A stretch of 25,111 bases of DNA. Origin: Bdellovibrionota bacterium FG-2 (lineage in GTDB: Bacteria > Bdellovibrionota > UBA1018). Position 1 is the first letter of the stretch; every line of letters begins with the position of its first letter. Location: positions 1 to 25,111 of the forward strand of contig JBBCAV010000076.1 of NCBI GenBank assembly GCA_051382305.1. The letters run 5' to 3'. Below the pieces are notes generated by a model, which made no database searches, was not told the origin of the DNA, and worked only from the letters and a program-made list of their open reading frames with translations. Position numbers and translations under genes: made by a program. Below are positions 17,165 to 24,913 of the stretch, in pieces.

Positions 17165-18109
17165 ATGGAAGAAAACACCACTCTACCCGAAGCCGCCCCC
17201 ATTACGCACTCTAACCCAATCAATGAAGCCGGCTCGAAGATCAAAACCCGCCAAGGAAGCGGTTATCTGAAACAACTTTACTCGACGGCCCGCGCCACGG
17301 CCGGAGTGACCCACACCCATCTGAAGAATTTGACGACCTTTCTTGTCAATTTCGTCCCTGTTGATAAGGTTCTGGCCTCGGAACTTCAAGTTCGCGTGCA
17401 CTTTGATAACAGCGAAATCGAAGGTCTAGCCCAATCCATCAAAATGCATGGCGTGCTCCAACCGATTCTCGTCGTTCAAGACGGTGATCATTATAAGGTG
17501 ATCGCCGGTGAGCGCCGTCTGCGCGCGGCCAAGATGGCGGGGTTGGATCGTATTCCTGCCCGCGTTCTTGCGACCGACGACAAAGCCACTCATGAAATCG
17601 CATTACGTGAAAACCTGGATCGCGTCGACCTCCATCCGATTGAAGAAGGCGAAGGCTACGTTTCACTGCTTGAAACACAGGCCTATACCAGTCACGAAGG
17701 AATCGCCAAAGGTTTTTGCAAACCAAAATCCCGCATCACCGAATGCATTGGTTTCACGCGCCTGCCCGATGCGACCAAGCAAGAACTACTTCGCTTAAAC
17801 GTGAAAAATCGCTCGCTTCTTCGCCAACTCCTCAACACTCCCGTTGAGCAACATCAGCAAATCATCATTGAAGCCGCAGGAAAAGAGGAGTTACTTGCAG
17901 ATCCAAGCGCCGCGCCGACTGAAAAGGCGCCGAAAGAGCCAAAAGCTAAAAAGCCCGCTATGGAATTTGCTTTTGTTTCTGATAACAAGGGCCTAAAAAT
18001 CCCTGGTTTCAAGTGGAAAACAGGCGAAGGTAACGAAAGACTCGCAGGCTATTGTGACGCTCTAAAGAAGCTCGTTGCGGATATTGAAGAGAGATTGACG
18101 AGACCGTAG
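17165..18109 (+). CDS. parB: ParB/RepB/Spo0J family partition protein
   Basis: LAQSIKMHGVLQPILV, the CTP-binding arginine patch IAGERRLRAA, ALRENLDRVDLHPIEE and the HTH SHEGIAKGFCKPKSRITECI. SD AGGAG at 17153-17157. Confidence 0.93.
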   Translation: MEENTTLPEAAPITHSNPINEAGSKIKTRQGSGYLKQLYSTARATAGVTHTHLKNLTTFLVNFVPVDKVLASELQVRVHFDNSEIEGLAQSIKMHGVLQPILVVQDGDHYKVIAGERRLRAAKMAGLDRIPARVLATDDKATHEIALRENLDRVDLHPIEEGEGYVSLLETQAYTSHEGIAKGFCKPKSRITECIGFTRLPDATKQELLRLNVKNRSLLRQLLNTPVEQHQQIIIEAAGKEELLADPSAAPTEKAPKEPKAKKPAMEFAFVSDNKGLKIPGFKWKTGEGNERLAGYCDALKKLVADIEERLTRP

Positions 18110-18126
18110 AAAAGAGATTAGCGAAA

Positions 18127-19080
18127 ATGTCAAAATTCACCATATTACTAGGGACAATACTTGTCTTGGCTGGCCTCTCGATTAATTCTTGTGGTTTGCT
18201 GAATAGGAGCACCACAGTCACATCAAGTACCCAATTGACGAGCAAAACACTTTCTGCGAGTGCAATCACACATAAAGAAACCATGTATGCTTCAGCATCA
18301 ACCTGTGCCTCTGGAAAAACCTGCATTACGCCGACTGCTGTGACCGGAAAAGTGCACTATGCCGGTATTATTGTCGGAGCCGGTACCGAGAACGGAACAA
18401 GTCTTGGACCCATTCTAGGCAAAGATGAGCGACCTGATCAAGGAACAGCGTATGCGGACGCGGACCTTGAGGATTTTGATTTTTCCAAAGGAATCAAATC
18501 CACAGCCGCCACGGCCTCCGCAGGAGGCGGGCCTGAAGGCTACCCCGCTGATGACAAAGCTACGGCTGGGAATATCAATTTGTATTTTGGCTACATGGAC
18601 TTTTCGTTTTCGGTTGACTCGGGAACTCTAAGCGGAGCACACACAATTCGTCTCATCATGGCTGATATCACCGGAACTGAATATAAGCGCGGTGACTTGC
18701 TCCATAAAGGCGCTTCTGAAGCCAGTTTCTTTTGGTGCACGACTGCCGCGGGCTGCACACACACCACCCGACCCACAACACCTCTTACGTACAGTGCGGT
18801 CGCGAATTTCACGAACACAAATGGCCGAGGCAATATGACCATCCCTGCCTTTTTTGTGAACCTCAGCAACGCCACTCCCGTGTTGTTAAAAAAGACGGAG
18901 CTTGCAACGGGGAACTGGCTGTTTAAGGTGGATTTTTCCATAACAAATGGTTTGGTTTTTTCGTCGGACCCGACTTCTTTGACTACAGTGCCGAGTCTGA
19001 TTTCCGCTTTTTCGATTCCGCAAGATCCGGGCAGCGAGAGTACTGGATTTACGGCGGAGCTTTCCGTTACCAAAGAATAA
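18127..19080 (+). CDS. Hypothetical Thr/Ser-rich lipoprotein
   Basis: MSKFTILLGTILVLAGLSINSC resembles a lipoprotein signal ending in Cys. An S/T-rich linker follows, then two close Cys pairs (CASGKTC, CTTAAGC). Starts 17 nt after parB. Confidence 0.75.
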   Translation: MSKFTILLGTILVLAGLSINSCGLLNRSTTVTSSTQLTSKTLSASAITHKETMYASASTCASGKTCITPTAVTGKVHYAGIIVGAGTENGTSLGPILGKDERPDQGTAYADADLEDFDFSKGIKSTAATASAGGGPEGYPADDKATAGNINLYFGYMDFSFSVDSGTLSGAHTIRLIMADITGTEYKRGDLLHKGASEASFFWCTTAAGCTHTTRPTTPLTYSAVANFTNTNGRGNMTIPAFFVNLSNATPVLLKKTELATGNWLFKVDFSITNGLVFSSDPTSLTTVPSLISAFSIPQDPGSESTGFTAELSVTKE

Positions 19081-19224
19081 TTCTCGTAGAACCTGTAGCG
19101 CAACAGGCTCGCGTGCTCGCTGCGTCCGATTTCCATACCAACAATCCAAAAACCAGGTCTTTTGCTTAAGTTTTTCTAGCTCGATCCGATACTTATAATA
19201 GCAGATGCTATTATTGTTCATCGA

Positions 19225-19259
19225 GATCACCTCCTTTCTTATCGGGAAGGGAGGTGGTT
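19225..19259. promoter_or_regulatory. Hairpin containing a perfect SD/anti-SD pair, in the gap between convergent genes
   Basis: GATCACCTCCTTTCTT-ATC-GGGAAGGGAGGTGGTT folds into a 16-bp stem (with G-U pairs) on the + strand. The minus strand reads AAGAAAGGAGGTGAT-CTCG-ATG (ATG at 19221). Confidence 0.55.
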
Positions 19260-19320
19260 CCATCCACTCTGCTTGGTTTGGCCAAGGCCTCAAAGCAAAT
19301 TCAATACCAGAAACTCAACG

Positions 19321-20013
19321 CTATCTTCGCATTCGCTCCGGCCTTCTCGCGGCCTCAAGTGGAAACTTCGCGACTTCCATCACCGCTTCGGCGAACGCGC
19401 GCGCTGCAGTCTCAACTTCGGTCAACTCACCCGTAAGATAAGCCCCCCCGAAATTTGTTTCCGTGGGCGGACCAAAATATTTTACCATCCGAACACGCGC
19501 AGACTTCAATGCATGATCCACAGCCACGACTGACTCCGCAGGTGGCGCAATCAAATAGGCCATCGCTTGCCCCACTTCAAGTCCCGCTTGCGCAGACAAA
19601 TATCGACCGAGACTTGAAATCACATGCGGGAAAAACGCAGGCTTCCCTGGCTCATCCAAAGTGTAAAAACAAATCTCTTCTTTTAAAGCCTCGCGGATCG
19701 CCCAAATTCCCTCAGCCACTTCATCGGGATCAGAGCCTGCTATCACGCCCATGATCTCGCCTGACAACGGACCTGAGGCATGCGCCGAGCCCGCATAAAA
19801 AGATTTCGCGTAGACGACATCCACTGTTGCAAACTTTGTTGCGTGATCTAAAGCCGCATAAAGCGAATCATCTTGATCGCAGGTGATGATGCCAATGGAC
19901 GTGTGCTTTTTCACATTGCAGCCCAGTCCCTTCGCTAACGCCGCATCCACTTGCGGGATCATCCGACAAGACAGAATTCTGGGCCGCAAAGGAACAAGCT
20001 TTAAAGTTCTCAC
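19321..20013 (-). CDS. eutL: Ethanolamine utilization microcompartment shell protein EutL (tandem BMC domain)
   Basis: Motifs SIGIITCDQDDSLYAALDHATK, VVYAKSFYAGSAHASGPLSGEIMG, AYLIAPPAE and PPTETNFGGAYLTG. Translationally coupled to eutC by a GTGA overlap. Confidence 0.93.
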   Translation of the reverse strand: MRTLKLVPLRPRILSCRMIPQVDAALAKGLGCNVKKHTSIGIITCDQDDSLYAALDHATKFATVDVVYAKSFYAGSAHASGPLSGEIMGVIAGSDPDEVAEGIWAIREALKEEICFYTLDEPGKPAFFPHVISSLGRYLSAQAGLEVGQAMAYLIAPPAESVVAVDHALKSARVRMVKYFGPPTETNFGGAYLTGELTEVETAARAFAEAVMEVAKFPLEAARRPERMRR

Positions 20014-20795
20014 CCAAGCCCCCCCCGACCAGAGGCAAACGCCTTTTTCAAAATCTCGACAGTGTGTTGAGCCGCTTCAAGGGTTTGAATTCCCATGGGG
20101 CGCACATTGGAGATGCAATTCTTCTCGGCATTGTCCTGATCAAGCTTCGGCCCATACGCGATGTAAACGGATAACGAATCCCCAGTTCCAAGTCCGGGAC
20201 GTTCACCCACAAAAATAACAGTCGCCTTAGCGCCCAACACCACACCCACATGATCTTGTACGCCCACGCGAGCCAACCGCACGAAAACGGGCTTTCCAAC
20301 TCGAAAACCTGCGCCCTGCAACTGCGTTTGCAACTCCGGCAACAGCGCAGGAACGTTTCTCTCCGCAGCCCACGCCGACAATCCATCGCCCACGATAACT
20401 TGAACGTCGCAGCCGCGAGTGCCTTCTCGCTCAAGAAGCGCGACAGAATCCGCGTGCAAACGACGCCCCTTGTTCGGGAACAGCAGATAGTCTTCGCGGC
20501 TCTCAGAACCGGAGCGTAAATCCACACACCCCAACTGACGGGGAAAATCAGCCGCGATCTCACTATATACTGCGTCTTTCGCGATCGCGTGATCCGCGCG
20601 CATATTTAAATACACACTCGTCAAATAGCGAGTCCCCACGCGTCCCATCGCAATTCGTGATGGGGTCGCCGACACATAACGATTCAGCGCATGCGGATCA
20701 TGAGCCGACCCTAGCCAACGCGGCAGCGGCGCCTTGGCGCTCTTCGTGTACTTGCGTGAATAAGGTTTTTGATCGTCGCTATCAAAAATACTCAT
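20010..20795 (-). CDS. eutC: Ethanolamine ammonia-lyase light chain
   Basis: TPSRIAMGRVGTRY, RADHAIAKDAV, DVQVIVGDGLSA, VGERPGLGTGDSLSVY and NCISNV. ATGA overlap with eutB. Confidence 0.95.
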   Translation of the reverse strand: MSIFDSDDQKPYSRKYTKSAKAPLPRWLGSAHDPHALNRYVSATPSRIAMGRVGTRYLTSVYLNMRADHAIAKDAVYSEIAADFPRQLGCVDLRSGSESREDYLLFPNKGRRLHADSVALLEREGTRGCDVQVIVGDGLSAWAAERNVPALLPELQTQLQGAGFRVGKPVFVRLARVGVQDHVGVVLGAKATVIFVGERPGLGTGDSLSVYIAYGPKLDQDNAEKNCISNVRPMGIQTLEAAQHTVEILKKAFASGRGGLG

Positions 20796-22177
20796 ACCAA
20801 TCCCTGCGCATCGAAAATCGAAGCATCCCCGGCGCGCTCCGTGAGTTTACCGTTTCGCCAAAGCCCCATGCGGATCAACCACTCTTCAAACTCAGGGGTG
20901 GGCTTGAAACCCAACAGCGCGCGCAAAGAGGCGTTGTTATGAAACGACGTCGTCTGATAATTCAACATCACGTCATCGCCCATAGGAATCCCCATGAGAT
21001 AATTCACACCCGCCATCGCAAGCAGCAGCTCCAAGTTCTCCTGGTCATTTTGATCTGAGACGGCGTGATTGGTGTAGCACGCGTCGCAGCCCATGGAGAT
21101 TCCGGAGAGTTTGCCCATGAAATGATCTTCGAGACCCGCGCGCGCGATTTGTTTGCCGTCATACAAGTACTCAGGACCAATAAATCCAACCACACTATTG
21201 ACGAGAAACGGTTTATACCTTCGCGCAAATCCGTACGCGCGCGCCTCCATCGTCACTTGATCTGTATCGTAATGCGCATCGGCCGAAAGAGCCGTACCCT
21301 GTCCGGTTTCAAAATACATGAAGTTAGGACCCTTCGCGGTTCCCTCACGCTTACCCATATCGTAAGCTTCATCGATGAGGTTAATCGAAATTCCAAAATT
21401 GCGATTTGCTTTTTCACTTCCCGCCAAGCTTTGAAACAATAAATCAATCGGCGCGCCTTGCTTTAGCGCATCCATTTGCGTACGAATATGAGCCAAAACA
21501 CAGTTCTGAGTCGGAACGCGATATCGGCGCATAAAATCTTTAACGTGCTTTAGGATATTGATCGTCGCATCAAGCTTCTCTGTCGACGGGTTCACGCCGA
21601 TCACGGCATCGCCATTGCCATACGAGAGCCCGTCTCGAACTGCCGCCATTACGCCGGCCACTTCATCGCGCGGATGATTGGGCTGAAGCCGCGAAGAAAT
21701 TCGCCCCGGTAAGCCCAAAGTCGAATTACACTTCACGATCACGCGAATTTTGCGCGCGCCTACGACCAAGTCCATATTGGACATCAACTTTGCGACAGCT
21801 GCGACCATTTCAGGGGTGAGGCCTGGAGAAATTTCTAAAATCTGCTCGCCGGTGGTCTTATCACTTAAAATCCACTCGCGAAATTCGCCGACGGTCATCC
21901 CCGCCACTTTTTGATACGCGCGCTCATCAAGAGACTCTTCAAATAGCCTGCTCAATTCGCACTCTTCATAAGGCACCGATGGATAACGTCGGAGATCACC
22001 GATTGGCATTTCACTTAATACCACTTTGGCGGCCACTCGCTCGCGCATGTCAGCGGCTGCAACACCGGCTTGAACGTCGCCACTGCGAGGTTCGTTCGCC
22101 TTGGCCAAAACTTCTTTGACCGAACGAAAAGTAAACGACGTATTAAAGAGTCGCGTGGAAAGTTGCATTGAAGGCAT
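20792..22177 (-). CDS. eutB: Ethanolamine ammonia-lyase heavy chain
   Basis: VLAKANE.RSGD, SRLQPNHP.D, GDAVIGVNP, LFQSLAGSEKAN, YFETGQG, VVGFIGPEYLYDGKQ, MGCDACYTNH and DDVMLNYQTTSFH. The start could be ATG 22168. Confidence 0.97.
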   Translation of the reverse strand: MPSMQLSTRLFNTSFTFRSVKEVLAKANEPRSGDVQAGVAAADMRERVAAKVVLSEMPIGDLRRYPSVPYEECELSRLFEESLDERAYQKVAGMTVGEFREWILSDKTTGEQILEISPGLTPEMVAAVAKLMSNMDLVVGARKIRVIVKCNSTLGLPGRISSRLQPNHPRDEVAGVMAAVRDGLSYGNGDAVIGVNPSTEKLDATINILKHVKDFMRRYRVPTQNCVLAHIRTQMDALKQGAPIDLLFQSLAGSEKANRNFGISINLIDEAYDMGKREGTAKGPNFMYFETGQGTALSADAHYDTDQVTMEARAYGFARRYKPFLVNSVVGFIGPEYLYDGKQIARAGLEDHFMGKLSGISMGCDACYTNHAVSDQNDQENLELLLAMAGVNYLMGIPMGDDVMLNYQTTSFHNNASLRALLGFKPTPEFEEWLIRMGLWRNGKLTERAGDASIFDAQGLV

Positions 22178-22230
22178 TTATGTAGCTCAACGCGTTGAAA
22201 TTGCCAAGAGGATCTTGTACTTAGCCGAAT

Positions 22231-23367
22231 CTAGTACCCCATATCAGGGGCTGGCTTTTGCTCGGCGCAAGCAAAGGGGCGAAATTCCACAACCTTATCA
22301 AGTCCAGGGAGTGCGCCTTCATAGCGATAAACATTATCGGTCACGCCAAACGGCACTCCCGTTTTGGTCGCAAAAACTTTCCACTCTCCGGAAGCATCAC
22401 TCCAAGCGGGCACTATTTTCAAAGCCCCCAGTGAAATCCGTGTCGGATTCATGATGGGGTTTCCGCCACTTCCAAGAACGAGTTTCAAATCCTCTTTGCG
22501 TAGAGCGGGGCAATTTGCATCCGCGCAAGTGTCTGCGGGAATATAGGCCATCACCGGAGCCTCTCCAAAATAGCGCGGCTCTTCGCTCGAACCCAAGGTA
22601 AGAATCGCCTCATTGCGCGTTCTTAGGCTCGCCCCCGGCACTACAGTATCTTTTAAAAGCGCAGGTAGGGCGCGCGAAACCATCACAGGAAAGCCCTTAC
22701 GAACAGGACATAAGCCCGGGCCGCCCGCGCGGTTTGCAGGTTTCTGAATGGCCTTCGCGACCTTGATCACATTACGAGAAAAACCCAAATTCACCTCAAT
22801 CTTCGAATCAGAGGCGATAATTTCCAATGCAGGGTGCGTACTCTTGAAGCGCTCATCTTGGTTGAGCCGAGAGACAATTTGATCTCCGTTACATGCAACC
22901 AACCCCACTACGCGAAGATTGGGATGTGCGGACTTCAATACATCGGTCACATCAAAACCCTGAATATCCACGAGTTGTGCAGCGGTTTGTAAGCCCACGC
23001 TCTGACTCTGCGCAATCCTCCCCGACGCATGCGAAACCCAAATCACGGCCACAACGCCGGGATGAGAAACAGCCTGCGCAAGATCTAAACGAGTGGCCTT
23101 ATGGCGAGCGATGAGGCGATAAGCATGAGGAGGAAACGAGGCACGAAAATCCGCCTCTATATCCTGCTCTACATGACCGTCTCTGTAATACTCGTATGCG
23201 TTGGCGTTCATAGCCTTACGATTCTCAAAATCAAGGGAGGTAAGAAGGATAACAGTCTGCTGAAAAGCTCGTGGCACGGGATTGTCAAGAGCACGAGCCT
23301 GATTTAGCAACCCTAGGCTTATGAGCGTGATTCCGAGTACAGCTGCGCAGTTTGAAAAAAACTTCAA
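22231..23367 (-). CDS. Hypothetical secreted protein, possibly a caspase/hemoglobinase-fold (clan CD) peptidase
   Basis: GGAGG lies 5 nt before TTG 23367, giving the signal peptide MKFFSNCAAVLGITLISLGLLNQARA. VIWVSHA and VVGLVACN motifs are present. Confidence 0.7.
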   Translation of the reverse strand: MKFFSNCAAVLGITLISLGLLNQARALDNPVPRAFQQTVILLTSLDFENRKAMNANAYEYYRDGHVEQDIEADFRASFPPHAYRLIARHKATRLDLAQAVSHPGVVAVIWVSHASGRIAQSQSVGLQTAAQLVDIQGFDVTDVLKSAHPNLRVVGLVACNGDQIVSRLNQDERFKSTHPALEIIASDSKIEVNLGFSRNVIKVAKAIQKPANRAGGPGLCPVRKGFPVMVSRALPALLKDTVVPGASLRTRNEAILTLGSSEEPRYFGEAPVMAYIPADTCADANCPALRKEDLKLVLGSGGNPIMNPTRISLGALKIVPAWSDASGEWKVFATKTGVPFGVTDNVYRYEGALPGLDKVVEFRPFACAEQKPAPDMGY

Positions 23368-23436
23368 AGGAACCTCCAATATCGATTCCTATTTAACATA
23401 AGGGTTGACGCAGTGCAATATAAAGATGGATATAGT

Positions 23437-24666
23437 CTATTTTTCTTGAAAGTCCTCTAGGGCAACCGCGAGCGCGTCCTTACCCGGACAAGGCAATTTA
23501 GGGGAGTATCCGATCTTTTCCAGATATCGATTGTCTCGATATTTCCAATAATCCGTCGCCATTTGTATCACAAGGTGGCTGTGAGGCAACCAAAGCATCC
23601 CCATATTGCCAACATGAATAAATCCGCCAGTATTTTCACCCACCGTAATGGCCTTTGGAAACGCTTCAAAATATTCGAGCGTCGACTCACAGCTGGAAGC
23701 ACAATGTCGATCGATCAACAAATAGATGGGACGATCAAATGCTTTGGTGGAATCATATGCCTCGCCTTGCCTAGGGGATTCGCTCCGTTCCTCTGAAATA
23801 TGGCTCAAGCGAGCACGCTGAAATTCTCCGATCCATTTATCAATTCGTGACTGGATATGTTTGGGTACGGGCTTTCCAGTATTTCTTAATTTAATCGCTT
23901 TAAGGAAATAATTCCCCGCGGAAAGCGCGAATGTTTCGGCAGTCTCGCTCTTCATTATTTCCTGAACGGGGCTCGGGGTAACTGCGCCGTAGAGAGCGTC
24001 GGCAAGCATTTGTCCGGTGGTATCATCCCCTCCACCATTGCCCCGTAAATCGATCACCAATGCAGCGGCCGAAGAAGCCTTTATAGCTTTCACCTGATCA
24101 AGGAAACCTTCCCAAACTGCGTCTTCGTAGCTGGGAAGGGCGGAGATTGAAAGAATAGGAATTTTACGTCGGCCAATCTGCCGGTAGGTCAGATTCCAAG
24201 GCCTATCGAGGCGCGTATTGAGATTATGGCCAACCGTGCCCGGCGTCTCTTTATCGGTTGTACCGCAGCGCCGGTTATTGGCAACCATAAGATGGTGATC
24301 CGGGACTTCCCTGAGGGCCTCGTCAATATTGATGCAGAATTTTTCAGTGGTGATATCGGAGACAAGTTTTGCATCAATCTGATTTATTTTGCTGATCAAT
24401 TGATCAAACGAGCCAAGAGGCAGATGCTTTCTGCCCCCGTAACCACGTTGAAAAGTGTACTTCAGCAATCGAAGATCTTCTTGCGCGTCTTTTTTGCTTA
24501 GCGATTCGGGTGCCTCAATGACTGCATTAGCCGGGATCAGCAATAGCTCTGGAGTTGGAGCTGAAACCATTGATGGGGTGGTGCTGCAGCCGGTGATAAT
24601 TAGAACTCCTAGGCAATATCTGAAAGCGGAGAATGGGTAGTGTGTTTGCTTAAGAGGCGATGACAT
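23437..24666 (-). CDS. S41 family peptidase, probable lipoprotein
   Basis: LVIDLRGNGGG, IYLLID..CASSCE (catalytic Ser region), TVGENTGG and EKIGYSP. Lipobox-like IITGC near the N-terminus. Confidence 0.88.
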   Translation of the reverse strand: MSSPLKQTHYPFSAFRYCLGVLIITGCSTTPSMVSAPTPELLLIPANAVIEAPESLSKKDAQEDLRLLKYTFQRGYGGRKHLPLGSFDQLISKINQIDAKLVSDITTEKFCINIDEALREVPDHHLMVANNRRCGTTDKETPGTVGHNLNTRLDRPWNLTYRQIGRRKIPILSISALPSYEDAVWEGFLDQVKAIKASSAAALVIDLRGNGGGDDTTGQMLADALYGAVTPSPVQEIMKSETAETFALSAGNYFLKAIKLRNTGKPVPKHIQSRIDKWIGEFQRARLSHISEERSESPRQGEAYDSTKAFDRPIYLLIDRHCASSCESTLEYFEAFPKAITVGENTGGFIHVGNMGMLWLPHSHLVIQMATDYWKYRDNRYLEKIGYSPKLPCPGKDALAVALEDFQEK

Positions 24667-24874
24667 AGTTGGTTGTTAACTCAATGCTGCTCGGTTGACG
24701 ATGTTGAAGGGTTTTCCAGCGCATTTTGGCTGGTCATGCAAATTGAGAAAACCCCGTGTGGCTTGGTTTCGGCTTGGGCGAAGACACTTATCGTAACGAT
24801 GATGCTCTTACTTACAAGAAAAATGTCTCATAATTTCAAACATATAGTCATGACGCAGGGCGTTGTTGCGTAAT

Positions 24875-24896
24875 TCCCCCTAACAAAACGGGGGGA
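24875..24896. other. GC hairpin just downstream of the Y1 transposase (terminator or element-end hairpin)
   Basis: TCCCCC-TAACAAAACG-GGGGGA, 17 nt past the stop codon of the minus-strand gene. Confidence 0.35.
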
Positions 24897-24913
24897 TGGA
24901 CGGGAGCCGGAGC

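Noticed and set aside
19092-19107. CCTGT-AGCGCA-ACAGG hairpin after the lipoprotein stop as an intrinsic terminator
   Set aside because: The stem is only 5 bp and no U-tract follows.
18591-19136. 181-aa minus-strand ORF and the many other 60-135 aa ORFs overlapping assigned genes
   Set aside because: They are antisense or alternate-frame shadows of well-supported CDSs and show no recognisable motifs.
19225-19239. GATCACCTCCTTTCT matches the 3' end of 16S rRNA
   Set aside because: No other 16S sequence (such as the helix 44/45 region) precedes it. It is better explained as the complement of a strong SD site on the minus strand.
19205-19533. Plus-strand ORFs across the lipoprotein-eutL gap
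   Set aside because: They run antisense into eutL and have no recognisable protein features.
22178-22230. Cobalamin riboswitch, ANTAR hairpins or sigma54 promoter upstream of eutB
   Set aside because: The gap is only 53 bp. TTGGCA is present on the minus strand but lacks a correctly spaced TTGC, and I see no paired hairpin motif.
24673-24873. 66-aa plus-strand ORF
   Set aside because: It has a TTG start with no RBS only 6 nt from the divergent S41 start, and no recognisable features.
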